Shown in pieces: positions 24,476-38,781 of a stretch of 64,000 nucleotides of DNA. The position numbers and the translations under genes were made by a program. The notes beneath the pieces were generated by a model. That model did no database searches and was not told the DNA's origin. It saw only the letters and a program-made list of their open reading frames with translations. The stretch comes from Octopus vulgaris (Eukaryota): the NCBI GenBank assembly GCA_951406725.2, contig OX597821.1, positions 82,150,001 through 82,214,000 of the forward strand, written 5' to 3'. How positions within the stretch are numbered: position 1 is the first letter of the stretch; each line of letters opens with the position of its first letter.

Positions 24476-25869
24476 TATTTGAGATTTATTCTGTTTCTTA
24501 TTAATGGTGCCCCTTAACAAGTACCTGTGCCAGTTCTGCACTAACACACCCATGTCAGTGGCATGTATAAAGCACCTTGCACACTCAGTTAAGTGGCTGG
24601 CGTTAGGAAGGGCATCAAACCATAGAAACCATGCCACAACAGACAGTTGGACTCTAGACGGCTCCCTGCTAGCCAACTCCATCTCAAACCATCCAACCCA
24701 TGCCAGCATGGAAAGCTGATGTTTAACAACAATGAAGGGGATGATGGAGTTCAAATCTGTCTCTAACAAAGCAATGAAACATTTTGAGTTGAAGGAGAGT
24801 TCCCAGAGTTTGTAAATGTGTGGTTGAATTGGTGTGTGTATATACGACTTAGGTGTTTGTTCATGTGTGTGTATGTATGCATCATTACCTTTTACATGTG
24901 TGCTCTTGTAGCTGTGCACAACTAAGTATGAGCATATATCCATTTAAAGAATCTCAGGTGTTTAGAATGTCTTACAAATGTGCTTATGTCTTAGCATAGT
25001 ACCAGCCAAAAAAGACAGTCTTTTTTATGAGTGTACAATAAGTTATGTGAAGGAAGTATTTATGAAAAAGTAATGTAGAGACAATGACATCGGATGACAA
25101 AGATATACAGAGAGAGCTAAGCTGGTGGCAGAAGTAAGAATAATTAGTTAAGAGAGAAAACAAGGAAGAGGGTAACATAACTCATTGTGGGGACGTAAGG
25201 TAACTTAGACAAACTCTCTTTCCTTTTCACCCTCTTACCTAACATTCTATCTACCTACCCACTTGCCTACTTACATACCTACCTATGTATGTATGTATGT
25301 ATGTATGTATGTATGTATGTATGTATGTATGTACGTATGTATGTATGTACGTATGTATGTATGTACGTGTGTATGTATGTATGTATGTACGTACGTACGT
25401 ATGTATGTATGTATGTATGAATGTATGTATGTATGTGTGTATGTATGCATGTATATATGTATGTATGTGTCTGTCTGTCAGCCTATGTATGTATTTATCT
25501 GTCTGTCTGTCTGTCTGTCTTATAAGCCTATTAATAAAGAAAGGGCAAAAAAAAAATGAATACTTCAAAAAAGTAAAAAAAATATAGTCAAAGGAGCTCT
25601 CATTGCACAACAAATGCATCATCCGCAACACTTTTGCAGTGCCTATCCCAACAGCTACATTTGGCCTTCTCAGTTGGTCACTGCATGAACTCAGTGAGAT
25701 GGATACAAGAACTCATAAACTACTGGAAATTTCAACATGACTCAAAGATATATTCACCACACTTGGTGAGTGGAGAAGCTGAGGCCTTAAATCTATATTC
25801 ACATCATATCAAAAGACTGAAGTAACAAGCTCAGTAAATATCTCAGCCAAGTTTCTGAGCGTCAAAATA

Positions 25870-26430
25870 TAAATATTGCAATTGTTACTGAACTTGGGAA
25901 AAGATATGAAAAACAAGTTTGCCCTGGCACAGTTAGCATGGAGGCCTGCATTACCTTATTGCAGCTGCGTTGCACAGGAGGTGTTTGTAGGATGGAAGAC
26001 AGCAGGCTATCAATGACAGTTTTCTGTACTGAACTGCATCAGGGCAGGAGAAGCCCTGGTGGCTGAGGTTGCAATACAGAGATAGACTGAAGAGACATGA
26101 AGAACTCCAGCATCTCCCCAGACACCTGGGAGGAGAAGGCCCGGTGATGTAACGAGTGGCACCAATCACTGAAGCTTGTAATTCCAGTCATTGAAGAGAA
26201 ACAAAAAAAGAGAATACGAAAGAACACATGAGAATAGTCACTTCTCCATTGCATCAAGCAGTTCTACCTGCAGCAGATGTCATCGCTGTTGCAGATCAAG
26301 AGCAGGTCTTGTAGCCCCCGTGCAAGCCTGCCAGAGATACTTACTGAACATGAACAGTTAACGTCGACCTACAACGGACAGCTGCTGCTGATGAAATGCG
26401 GTACCCCATCATGGCTGCAGTCTGGTAATT
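25870..26430 (+). mobile_element. RTE-clade LINE C-terminus with a terminal C2H2-like finger
   Basis: VCRMEDSRLSMTVFCTELHQGRRSPGG..YRDRLKRH..ISPDTWEE..CSRCHRCCRSRAGL. Confidence 0.75.
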
Positions 26431-26434
26431 AAAA

Positions 26435-26483
<49 letters not shown>

Positions 26484-26655
26484 ATTACTACCTCAGTCTA
26501 TCTAAATGTATATATTTGTCGTTACCTTTCATAAAAAGCCTTTTTTTATTTTTTATTTACAATGTGCATTTTCGTTGATTTTTCATATTTTACCCTTACA
26601 TTTCCACGTGTATTTTATATTTTCTTTTTGTAACATATTTTTACTATATATATAT

Positions 26656-26862
26656 AATCAAAATAAGCAACAAGGATATCCAGAAAGAATGCAGTACAAT
26701 CGTTTCATGCAACTTCATTTAATTGAACAACGCAATCATTACATCAATTTAAAATCCAGAGCATTTTAAATTGATGTAATGATTGCATCGTTCAATTAAA
26801 TGAAGTTGCATGAAATGATCGAACTGCATTACCTCTGGATATCCTTGTTGCTTATTTTGATT
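26656..26862. repeat. Foldback: about 100-bp inverted arms with a 7-nt loop, next to (TA)n
   Basis: AATCAAAATAAGCAACAAGGATATCCAGA..ACATCAATTTAAAAT ccagagc ATTTTAAATTGATGT..TGGATATCCTTGTTGCTTATTTTGATT. Confidence 0.9.
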
Positions 26863-26934
26863 TTAATCACCTTACTTTGAAATTGTATGGATAACACCAT
26901 ACTAAATTCTGGTGCCTCAACTTATTCATCTGAA

Positions 26935-26987
<53 letters not shown>

Positions 26988-27477
26988 ATATAAAATCACC
27001 CACTACACTCAAGGAGTGGTTGATGTCAGGAAGGGCATCCAGCTGTAGAAACATTGCCAGATCAGATTGGAGCTTGGTGTAGCCGTTGCCTCTCCAGACC
27101 TCAGTCGAACTGTCCAACCCATGCCAGCATAGAAAATGGACGTTAAACAATGATATATGTATATATGTAACACTTTTTTCACTGGATTGTGTGTTCATTT
27201 TTCTTTTTTTCCATCTGTGATTTTATTTTTGATCTTCTGTATAACTGAAGATATTTCCTCTGCCTGACTGCTTTTCTTTCTACAAAACAAGAAGTTATAT
27301 TGTGGAACTGTTATTTTAACAGGTTGTGTCTACACCCAACGAGATACATCTACACTGCCGGATGCTCTTGAACCAGTTGTTGAGTGTCGCACCCACGAGG
27401 GATCGATGCTAGGTGTGTCAAAACAATTGTCGTGATCAATAAATTCTCATATATTTCATCTTCCATCTTTCATTTGC

Positions 27478-27553
<76 letters not shown>

Positions 27554-27564
27554 TATATATATAT

Positions 27565-27850
<286 letters not shown>

Positions 27851-28246
27851 CAGAAAGATAGATAGATAGACAGAAAGATTGATAGATAGGCATGTGTGTA
27901 TGTGTGTGTGTGTCTGTGTTTGTCCCCCAACCACCACTTTACAACCAGTGCCGATATGTTTATGTTCCTGTAACTTAGCAGTTTGAATATGTACCAGGCT
28001 TTAAAAAACAAGTACTGGGGTCGCTTCATTCAACTAAAATTTATCAAATCAGAGCCTCAGCATGGCTACCATCTAATAAGTGAAATAAGTAAAAGATGGA
28101 AATAGAATATTAGGAGAGAGAAACCTCAAATGATGAAGAGAATAAACAACACTAAGAGCCTGCCATGAAGAATCAACAGTTCTATAATGTCATACCTCGA
28201 AGGGTACCTTCATTAAATCCAAGAGCAAGGCATCCCCACCAAGTAC

Positions 28247-28342
<96 letters not shown>

Positions 28343-28624
28343 ACTACTCAAAAGACAGAATTCATAACTTGACAACAAATGTAGGTTACAGGAAAACCAA
28401 ATCTGAAGACATTAACCGCATTGCTGCCAGCTGATACTACCATCTCCTATGAGACATAATGGGGTATCCAGAACAATCAGAAATAGACTGAGAAGGAAAA
28501 CAATGACAAAGGATAAAGAAGAATATATTTAAACTGAAGAAGTGAACAAATATATCGTTGGAACCAAAAGACTTATAAATAAATAAAAATGGCAATGAAA
28601 TTAGAGCACAACTGACCCATATTG

Positions 28625-28955
28625 GTGTTAGTAGTATGATTGGCATTCTGTTGGTTATGACAATGAGTGTTCCAGTTGGTCTAATCAATGGAACAGCCTG
28701 CTCATGAAATAACGTGGAAGTGGCTGAGTCCTCCACAGACAAGCATATCCTTTATGTAGTTCTCAGGAGGATTCAATGCGACACAATGTGACCAGGGTGG
28801 CACTTTGAAATACAGGCACAACACATTTTTGCAAGATGAGTGGACTGTAGCAATGTGAAATAAAGCATCTTGTCCAAGGGCTCAAAACAACACCAGGAAT
28901 TGAACCCATAACTTTATGATCATGAACCGGATATCTCTAACCACTAAGCCATGCA
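28625..28955 (-). mobile_element. tRNA-headed SINE family B; plus-strand copy at 50040-50365
   Basis: Minus strand has box A TGGCTTAGTGG and box B GGTTCAATTCC, followed by CTTGGACAAGATGCTTTATTTCACATTGCT. Confidence 0.8.
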
Positions 28956-29473
28956 ACACATATTGTTGTATGTTGTAGAAATCTATAAATCAAAAACATT
29001 CCCTTTGGTTATACTTAGCTGCCCACTTGATGTCAATCACAATCAGCTTCATTTAACATCCATGTTCCAGCTGGCATGGATCAGATGGAATTTGATGAAG
29101 CAGATTTTTAATGTGGTAAGAAATATACAGACGGACGTTATACATGGGCCATTGACGAAGAGTTTGTATATGTTTGTTATGCTGAATCTTTTTGGGAAAT
29201 ACACTTTCAGTTTTAAACAACTTTATGGTTAAGAAGTTGGCTCCCCAACCACAGGGCTTCAGGTTAAGTGCCACAGTGTAGATCCTTGGGCTGTCTTCTA
29301 CTATAGTCCTGGGATGGCCAAAGCCTTGTTTGTAGATTTGGTAGATGGACACTGAAAAATGCCAGCCGTGTGTGAGGGTGAATATGTGCGTGAGGGAGAG
29401 TGTGTGAGAGTGAGTGTGTGTGTGAGAGAGTTGTGTGTGTGTGTGTGTGTGTGAGTGTGTGTGTGTGTGCGTG

Positions 29474-29523
<50 letters not shown>

Positions 29524-29939
29524 TGTGTGCATGCATGCATTTGTGTGTTTAAGTGTGAATGTGGTTATGTCTGTGTCTCCTTGTCTTGACAGCGTAAATT
29601 GTAAATGAATGTTTCATTTTTGATATTCTGCAAAAATATGTCTGCCCATGGGGAGATATTATCTATGTTGGAAACAGGTTCTGACAGTAAGTGCATCCAA
29701 ACATAGAAAATCTGCTTCTAAGAATTCTATCTGACCTCTGCAAGCATGGAAAAGTGAATATAAACCCTTAACAATGATTGAGAGGATGTGTATTAATATC
29801 AGTTCCTTGGATCAAAGTATGGGTGAACTTGGATTCATGGAGAAAGAATGTAGGCCCATAATTCATACACTGCAGATAATAATAAAATCCGCTTACTTGT
29901 TTCATGTTCTTTGTACTATGAGGCTGGGGCCATCCTAGA

Positions 29940-30200
29940 TTGGTGGTCCCAGAGGTGTCATTGTGAATAGAGCTGACCAGGTGCAGCAGTGCTTCCCATT
30001 GCTTCCCAGTCCTGTGCCAACCCCACTGCATTCTCCTCTGGAGATCTTCCTTAATTACATCCATCCATGTGGTGCAGGGCCTGTCACAGGGCCTCTTCCA
30101 GCCTGCAGTTAGTGAATTGAATGAGAGTAAGGCCCTGGTAGGATGGTCAGGTGGGAAGTGGAGGACATGTTCTTACCTGCGCATGGGGCAGTTAGCTATG
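29940..30200 (-). mobile_element. RTE LINE C-terminal remnant
   Basis: PTRALLSFNSLTAGWKRPCDRPCTTWMDVIKEDL. Confidence 0.65.
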
Positions 30201-30239
30201 AGGTGGGAGGCTGCAGGCTGATGTGTGTGCACATGCTTT

Positions 30240-30468
30240 CATTCTTTTACTTGTTTCTGTCATTTGACTATGGCCTTGCTGGAGCACCACCTTAGAAGGG
30301 TTTTTTAGTTGAAGAAATCAAGTCCAGGACTTATTCTTTGTAAGCCTAGCACTAATTCTATCATTCTCTTTTGCTGAACCGCTAAGTTACAGAGACGTAA
30401 CCACACCAACACCAGTTTTCAAGCGATGATGGGGGAACAAACACAGACACAAAAACACATACACGTAA

Positions 30469-30520
<52 letters not shown>

Positions 30521-30650
30521 TGGTCATCTTTCAGTTCCCGTCTACCAAATCCATTCACAAGGTTTTGGTCAGCCTGAGGCTATAGTGGGACTGAACTTGG
30601 AACCATGTGGTTGGAAAGTAAGCTTCTTACCACACAGCCACACCTGTGCC
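30240..30650 (-). mobile_element. SINE family A with central (GT)n
   Basis: Family head and tail motifs. Confidence 0.85.
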
Positions 30651-32043
30651 TGCAGCTTTTTGTTTGATGGTGCAATAGGTTCAAATCAAATCTGGGTACC
30701 CCTTTCTTTGACTCAATAACTATAAATGGTGAAAGATTTTACCTGTCTGCTATAGAACATCACATTGTCCAACTAAATCCATGTCTGACATCTCTCAACA
30801 ATTCTTAACAATTCTCTCTCTCTCTGATTTTGTATTTACATCACACACACAAATAGAAAAAAAATGTTTTCACATTGATTCAAACAGGTTTTCAAAACGG
30901 TTTCTAAAAACATCTATCTTTGAACAAGTAATTTTACCTGCCATGCCAATTTCATTTTTAACTCTTTGAAATTCTATCTGCTTGGACATTTTATGTCTTT
31001 GCTGCTCCTTACCTGCCATGTTTTACTGCTGATATTTCTTACATGAAATTGTTCAACTTTATTTACATCTTTGAACAATTTATTTAATACCATGTTGATG
31101 ATGAGAGAGAGAGAGAATGGAGAGAGAGAGGAGGGAGAGAGAATGAAGTGAGAGAGATAGAGGAAGAGGAACAGGGTTGGGAGAAATGTAGTATATGTTT
31201 CTCAGGTACCTTTGTTTTTACATCTCCAGTGAATACTGCTTTAGGCAAAATAAAGCTGAAGCCTAAAATTATCTTGGGAGTTGCACAAATTAGCTTGAAG
31301 TTTGCAAGGCCACCATTGACATATACCTTTAAGAGATGAAGGCAGCTGGATGTCAAGTGATAGTCCCTTGATGCAGAAATGTAGGTCACATGTTAATCGC
31401 ATGTTTAGCCAATCAAACAGTTCAGGGAGGTAGAACTGATTTATACTGTTGTTGGCATTAACTGAAGATGTTGCTGAGCATATATTGCATACAAAAGTAG
31501 CTAGATGTCCCCTCCTTCATGACTACAATGAAGTTCTGGTTGAAGTACTGCTTTCATCACTTCATGGTACTCAACCATTTACCATGCGTGAAGCACATGT
31601 GTTACATTCTTGTACACATTTGTCAGACACTTCTTCCAAACATGGAAATGAGAACCCAAAAGTAATTCATTCCTTACTCTTGCTAGCACAAAGGATCTTT
31701 CGATGGAATCATTGTTTTTGGTTTGTATTATCTGGTTGAATTTTGAGAAATTGTATTCATTGGTGCAAGTGCGGCTGTGTGATTAAGAAGGTTACTTCCC
31801 AACCATGTGGTCTTGGATTCAATCTCACTGAGCAGTATTTTAAGCATGGGTTTTCTGCTATAACTCTGTGTCTTCTACTACAACCTTTTGATGGTTGTAA
31901 ATGAACATCTTTGTCGTACAAGTGAGATTGTTCATTCCTAGTCTTTTATGAAAATGTATATCTTGCTATGGGAAAATACTACTGTTGTGGAAGGATTCCA
32001 ACCCCCCACCCCCACTTGAGTGACTAAAGGTGGACTGACACAT

Positions 32044-34200
32044 TGTTATAAAATAAAGAACTGTGAGCGATTGGCAGTTTGGATTGGTAAACAGTTCTCT
32101 GTGAACCGTTGATTGAGAGCAGTGAGTCTTGTGTAATAGTAATCGAATTGCATTGTGTAAATACTTTCTTTCCGCTCTGCTTTGTTAAATTATGTATCCA
32201 ACCCCAGGATATAAAAATGGTGACGAGTTGTTCGAAGCTTGCATTGGACATTTAAAATTTTATCTGATACAAAACCAAAGAAAAAATTGTTTAACCTGGA
32301 AGATTTATTGACCTCCGTAATGCAGTTACAAAGGCAACAGCAGCACCAACAGCAGCAACAGTAGCAACTACAGCAACAACTGCAGCAGCAGCAACAACAA
32401 CAGCAAAACCAACCGTTGCTAGAATTAATTTTGAAGAAGTCTGAAAATACTTTAGGTTCATACTTGCCAGACAGTGTAGCGAACTCAGTGGAAGAATTCA
32501 GCTATAATCCAGAAGGGATTACCTTCTCTGCACATATTCAAAGATATGAAGAAATCTTCAAAGAAGAATGTAAAAGCTGGTCAAACAAGAAAAAGGCGTG
32601 ACTGCTTTTAAGAAAATTATCCCTTGCCAAACACAAAAAAATAGTAACTATGTTCTGCTGAGGAACCAGATGAGATTTATTTTGATGAAACAATTCACTT
32701 TTTATCGAAAATTTCCAGTGAAAATGTTCCCTGTTCAATACTCACTGGCAATGTTTAAATTTGGTCAAAAAAGATATTGTCACCTATACTGAAGTGGTTA
32801 AAAGAGTGTAAGAAATTCAAATTGAAAGAGTTGACCCCCAGACATGTTCAAGTGTTTAAATTTTGTTTAAGGGATCACTGCAAGCAAAAAATGCAGATAT
32901 ACATTCCCAGATATTAACAAATTTAGAACAGGACCAAATTTTAACTCTGCAGACAGTAGCAGAAGAACATCAGAGGATTATAAATCTGCAACATGATGCA
33001 GATAAAATTGAAGAGAAAGGAGGAATCCCTACCCATACTGCCCTTAGGTTGCAACACTGGGGTATGATATTATTAAACTATGATTTTAAGATTTTTTACC
33101 ATTCAAGAAATTAGGTCATGCTGATTGTTTATCAAGACTGATTTCAAAAAATACTGAACCATTTGAAAATACCATGATTGCTGCATTGTAAGCAGAAGAT
33201 GAAATTAAAAATGCTTTGTGTAACGTCATACGTGAACTACCAGCTACTTTATGAGACATAAAATTAAAATTGGAAAATGATAAATACATTAAAAAGATGA
33301 AAGGAATACTGAAGGCTAGAAGAGATAAAAATGCAAGCTATTTCTCAATGTGTGACAATATGTTGATGTATGCGCAAAGAGTTATAGTACAAGCCACACT
33401 GCAAAAGTGATTATTAAAGGAATTTCCTGTTGGTCACCCAGGGATTTTGAGAATGAAATCATTAATGGAAAGTTATGTATATTGGCCAGCAATGGACCAT
33501 GACATTGAAGAATCAGTGAAAGCATACAGAGGGTGTGCCTTAGCTGCTATAGTACCCACCACTAAATAGCAACCATGGCCAAAAGCAGATATTCCATGGT
33601 CCTTACTGCATGTTCGTTATGTTGGACCACTTAAAGGTTTATATTACCTTGTTGTGGTGGACAGTTTCTCAAAGTGGCTGGAAATGCATAAATGTTAAAA
33701 GCCAACATCTGCAGTTACAGTAAGCTTTTTACACAAATTGTTCACAAGGTATGGTATTCCTGATACCATTGTGTCTGATAACAGAACTCAATTTACATCA
33801 GATGACTTCAGAAAATTTTGTAAAATGTTCATAATTGAAGAAGTCACTACTCCGCTGCATCATCCGAGGTCAAATGGACAAGCAGAATGTTTTGTTGACA
33901 CTTAGAAAGAGGGCAATTGTAAAAGGCGAACAATGAAGTAATGGATAATCTTGCACTTCAATAATTTCTAAGAGTGTACCAAGTAGCACCTAATCTGAAT
34001 ACCCTGTCTGGAATGAAACCCACAGAATTGATGAAAGGTTACTAGAAAGATCAGATCCGTTTTTGATAAGTTGATACTGAGTGAAAATAGAAAAAAAGCC
34101 AAAAACAAATCTACTTCACAAATTCTTCAAGTTAGGTGACAACGTTTTTTTTTTTTAAACCTGTAGATATGGTAAAAAAAAAAAAAAGCTGGGAGGATGG
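32044..34200 (+). mobile_element. Decayed Ty3/Gypsy (Mag-like) LTR retrotransposon: 5' LTR, PBS, gag, deleted PR-RT, integrase
   Basis: LTR TGTTATA..TATAAAA (32044-32216); PBS TGGTGACGAG at 32218; gag EEFSYNPEGITFSAHIQRYEEIF; RNase H tail ALRLQHWGMILLNYDF; integrase GHPGI..YVYWP, YYLVVVDSFSKW, GIPDTIVSDN, HPRSNGQAE; many stops; no 3' LTR seen. Confidence 0.9.
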
Positions 34201-34824
34201 TGTAATTATTAAACAGGGTCAATAAAATAATTACCAGAAGAGCACTGGAATTGGTGTAATCAACCTACTCCCTTCCCCAAACTTTCTGGCCTTGTGCCAA
34301 AGATTGAAACCAGCATTCTGCAACTTTGCAATGAACTGGAAACATTACAAGCAGCTTCCTATCAACTTTTAATGACATCGGCTTTTCTTTTAAGCTTCTT
34401 TTTAGTCACTTCAAATGATGCAAGATCTCGATGCTCAATTGAATTGAAGAAGGCCATTAATTTCCTGTTGCAGTCTTTCTTTACTGAAGAATGTAAAGTT
34501 GCTGACACTAACTTTTTCTGCTTTTATTGAAATTCACTTCACCTTTGCAGGAATAACAACATCTAAAGCAGGTGACAATTTCATTCTACCATTTGGATCC
34601 AAGTTTAGCTACACTGCTGCAATGTTGACAAGTTATTCCCAGATTAATGTACAATTTTTATTGATGAAGATAATCAGTTTTGAGATCTCTTTTACTCTTT
34701 TACTTGTTTCAGCCATGCAGCTGTGGTCATGCTGGAGCACCACCATCTTTTACTTGTTATAGTCATTGGACTGTGCTAGTGCTGGGGCACTAATTTCAAA
34801 AGGTTTATTTCTTTTAAATCAAAC

Positions 34825-35422
34825 AGGTGGAGGTGTGGTTGTGTGGTAAGAAGCTTGCTTCCCAACCACATTGTTCCAGGTTCAGTCCCATTGCATGAGT
34901 CCTCGGGCAAATATCTAATATATAGCTTTGGGCCAATTAAAGCCTAGTGAGAAAATTTGGTAGATGGAAACTGAAAGGAGCCCATGGTATATATATGTGT
35001 ATGGTGGCGAGCTGGCAGAATCGTTAGCACGCTGGGTGAAATGCTTAGTGGTAATTCGTCTGCCACTAAGTTCTGAGTTCAAATTCCGCTGAGGTTGACT
35101 TTGCCTTTCATCCTTTTTGAGTCAATTAAATAAGTACCAGTTTTGCACTGGGGTCGATATAATCGACTTAATCCGTTTGTCTGTCCTTGTTTGTCCTCTC
35201 AGTGTTTAGCCCCTTGTGGGTAGTAAAGAAATAGGTATTTCGTCTGCCACTAAGTTCTGAGTTCAAATTCCGCTGAGGTCGACTTTGCCTTTCATCCTTT
35301 CGGGGTCGATTAAATAAGTACCAGTTATGTACAGGGGTCGATATAATCGACTTGATTGGTTTGTCTGTCCTTGTTTGTCCTCTCTGTGTTTAACCCCTTG
35401 TGGGTAGTAAAGAAATAGGTAT

Positions 35423-35482
<60 letters not shown>

Positions 35483-35715
35483 ATGCGTACGTGTGTGTGT
35501 TTGCATGTATGTATCTGTCTTTGTCCTCCCACCATTGGTTGAAAACCAATGCTGGTGTTTTTAGGTCCCTGTAACTTAGAGGTTCGGTGAAAGACACTGA
35601 TAGAAAAAGTACTAGGCATAAGTCCTGCAGTTGATTTCTTTGACTAAAACCCTTTAAGATGGTGCTCCAGCATGGCAGCAGTCAAATGACTGAAACAAGT
35701 AAAAGAGTAAAAGAG
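34825..35715 (+). mobile_element. SINE family A with a nested family C SINE dimer (35002-35420)
   Basis: Head at 34825-34985 and tail at 35510-35715; the insert repeats a unit of about 183 bp twice. Confidence 0.85.
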
Positions 35716-36329
35716 AGCATTATTCTAAAATTTGGTATTTATTCTGTTGGTCTTTTATGCCATTGAGACACAGGAATGTTAGGAAACCAACAACAGTTGT
35801 CAAACAGTTGGCTGGGAGCAAAAGCAGACACACATATACACACAAACACATACATGTATACGCACACAGCAGACTTCTACACAATTTCTGTCGACTAAAT
35901 TCTTTTCTGCTTTAGGCACAAGGCCCGTAATTTTGGGGGAGGGGGCCAGTTGAATAGATCGACCCCAGTACACAACTAGTACCTAATTTATTGATCCAAA
36001 AAGGATGAAAGACAAAATTGACCTCAGCAGAAATTGAACTCAATTTCTGCTAGCTCACTAAATTCACTCACAAGGAATTGGTTGGTGTAGGGCTATAGTA
36101 GAAGACACTCATCCAAAGTGTCACACTGTGGGATTGAACACAAAACAATCTGGTTCAAGGTGAACTTCTTTAACCATATAACTATGCCTTCATACACACA
36201 CACACATTTATATATAATGAGCATGATAAATAATTAATAGCGATCGGTATGAATTAAGTTGTCCTCAGATGTTTTTGCAAACATGATAAGCTTAAAGCTG
36301 GATGGCCTAAGATTAAGAATGAGAAAGAT

Positions 36330-36710
36330 CAAGATTAAGGAATTATTTCAGCCACCAGCAACAAAGGGATCCTTTTTCTAAGTGAAATGAACATTGTATG
36401 ATCGAAGAGCATGAAGTGAAACACTTGTGCATGGAAGTGAGACGTGAGCAATGAATAGGAAGGATTTGTGAATGCTGAACACAGTATTAGGGAATAAGAA
36501 TGATTATGGACAAATGAAATACAGGTGGAAAATGGATATAAGAGGAATCAAAATCAGTTTGCAGGAGAGAAGGCTACTCTGGTACAGGTGCCATGATACT
36601 TAAGGACAATAAAATATGGTTAAAGAAATGTTATGCTATCCGGGTGGAAGAAGCCCCAGGATGGGGTAAACATGAGAGGTGTGGGAAGAATTGGTGAAAG
36701 CTGGGGTCAT
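36330..36710 (+). mobile_element. RTE LINE 3' fragment, decayed
   Basis: ELFQPPATKG..LYD..VHGSET*A..QERRLLWY..VKKC motifs. Confidence 0.65.
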
Positions 36711-37139
36711 CTCTTTCCTTTTGTCCCTCCCAATAATGTTTACTCAGTTACACTTCCGGCTTCCACCTTTCCCACAACAATAAATCACTTCTGCTCATTA
36801 TAATTTACCATCTCTCATCACCTTACCAAAAGCCATCACTCTCTCTCTCTTCTACTCATCTTTCTGTCACGGGGTACTCTGTAACCTTGCAAGTTACTAA
36901 ATGACTGCATTTATGCAGGTGTCATGAAAAAGTATTGAGTATACTACGAAAAGAGGTTGGTGTTAGGAGAGCCATCCAGCCATGGAAACCCTGCTTAAAA
37001 TGAGACACCGGAGTACAATGCAGTTGTCCAGTCTGTCAGATATGCAGATATATGTAGATATATTTAAGTATATGTGTATGTATGCATGTGTATATATTTG
37101 TGTATGTGTATGTATATATATATACATATATATATATAT

Positions 37140-37365
37140 AATAAAATATTACGGAATAAATCCAAACTTACAGGGAAACATCAGATTTAGGATTAAATCC
37201 AATTTTATAGTAAAATATATTATATTATATTATATTATATTATATTAAATTAGAGATAAAACCACTATTAGGCAAATCAAACAATGAAAAACATAAGCCA
37301 ATACATAAAATTAATTAATTCATATTATTTTAAATATATATTAAAAGTTTAATAAAAGATAAAGA
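37140..37365 (+). mobile_element. Second copy of the AT-rich element end at 55418-55610
   Basis: GGAATAAATCCAAACTTACAGGGAAA..AGAGATAAAACCACTATTAGGCAAATCA shared between the two; both follow (TA)n. Confidence 0.8.
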
Positions 37366-38132
37366 GTATAATCTGCATTTTCCCCCAAAAAATTTAAAGG
37401 TCAAAATCCCTAGTGCAAACTATATACGAGGTTAAAAATGAAAAATATATATATAATCTTACTGGAAACTGGTGAGGATAGGAAGAAGTTAATAATACTT
37501 AAATCCAATATTTTGCCTTACATATTTTTCATATTTTACCTCACAACTTTTTTGATACAATTTCTTGTTACATGGGACCAAAACTAAGAAACTCTTCATT
37601 CTTTCTTCTATCATTGAAGCTAAGATAAATATATTTTGCTTTTAAATTAAAAAATCTATTTAGATCTAAACTTGATTGGGGGCGTTATTTACTCTCCTAT
37701 AACATTGTTACAAATTTTGATGTAAACTTTTTTCTACTGAACCAAATCTCAATTTTTTATGTTAAAATGAATCTAGGAATCAGTCCTCTTCAAAAATATT
37801 AATGGTGTTCCATTTGGTTAAGAAGCAAATTAGCGGCAAGCTCTGAAGATGCTGCATGTGAATAAATTGCGGCCTTAAGAATATTATTCAACTATGGTAG
37901 TAGTTGAATGATATATGTATATCTATTATTATCATTTTCTTAATGCCTTTTTATTGATGCTAGTATATGTTTGAAGGAGTTTCAGAGACAGTGCTTTATG
38001 GATGGATGCGCTTCTTGATGCCAATCCTATGCACAAGGATACAGTATACCTACTCTAGAAAGTAAAATGTATATTGTCATATACATACATACGTACATCC
38101 AAATATACATTATATATATATATATATATATA

Positions 38133-38546
38133 CCGTAAATCCTCAAGTATAGTCTGCATTTTTTCCCAAAATTTAAAGGTCAAAATCCCTAGTGCATACT
38201 ATATACGAGGTTAAAAATGAAAAATATTTTCTAAGCAATGTCCGAATCTCTATTTGCTGTCCGGCAATGTTTATTCAGACGCATTTTGTGATGTCAGGTG
38301 CGAAAATACCTTAAGCTAAGCCTGAAAGCAATGAAGTCATAAAAGAATCATCCATAACTTGCAGTAAACAACATTTATTAAAATAAAAGTATTCAGAACA
38401 CAGAATAACATGTAGCAAAAACAAGTTGCTAACATATTTACATTCCCATATAACAGTTAAGAACATCACCATTATTGTATTACACATGTGCAGAAGTGTT
38501 TGTTCGACTAGGTGCTGCTGGTGGACTATACGCGAGGATTTAATGT
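38133..38546. mobile_element. Tc1/mariner (pogo-like) MITE; partial copy at 37363-37450
   Basis: TIRs CCGTAAATCCTCAAGTATAGTC / GACTATACGCGAGGATTTAATG; TA-rich flanks. Confidence 0.75.
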
Positions 38547-38565
38547 GTATATATATATATATATA

Positions 38566-38781
38566 TATAGTACGTTTATATATTTGTTGTGCAAGATTTT
38601 TTATGAGAAGTCGTGTGTTGAAACAGATATTATTATAATTTCGGAATGGTCATTTTGCCAGTTTAGCCAATAAGATTAAGATTAATGTAAAAAATAAATA
38701 ACACTGAAGCAAAGTAACACCAAATATATCGTGCGTGTGTTTTTATTGGCTAAACTGGCAAAATGACCATTCCGAAAATAT

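Noticed and set aside
24150-25631. Long ORFs up to 252 aa (HTYI/MYVC repeats)
   Set aside because: Translations of (TATG)n microsatellites and SINE sequence, not genes
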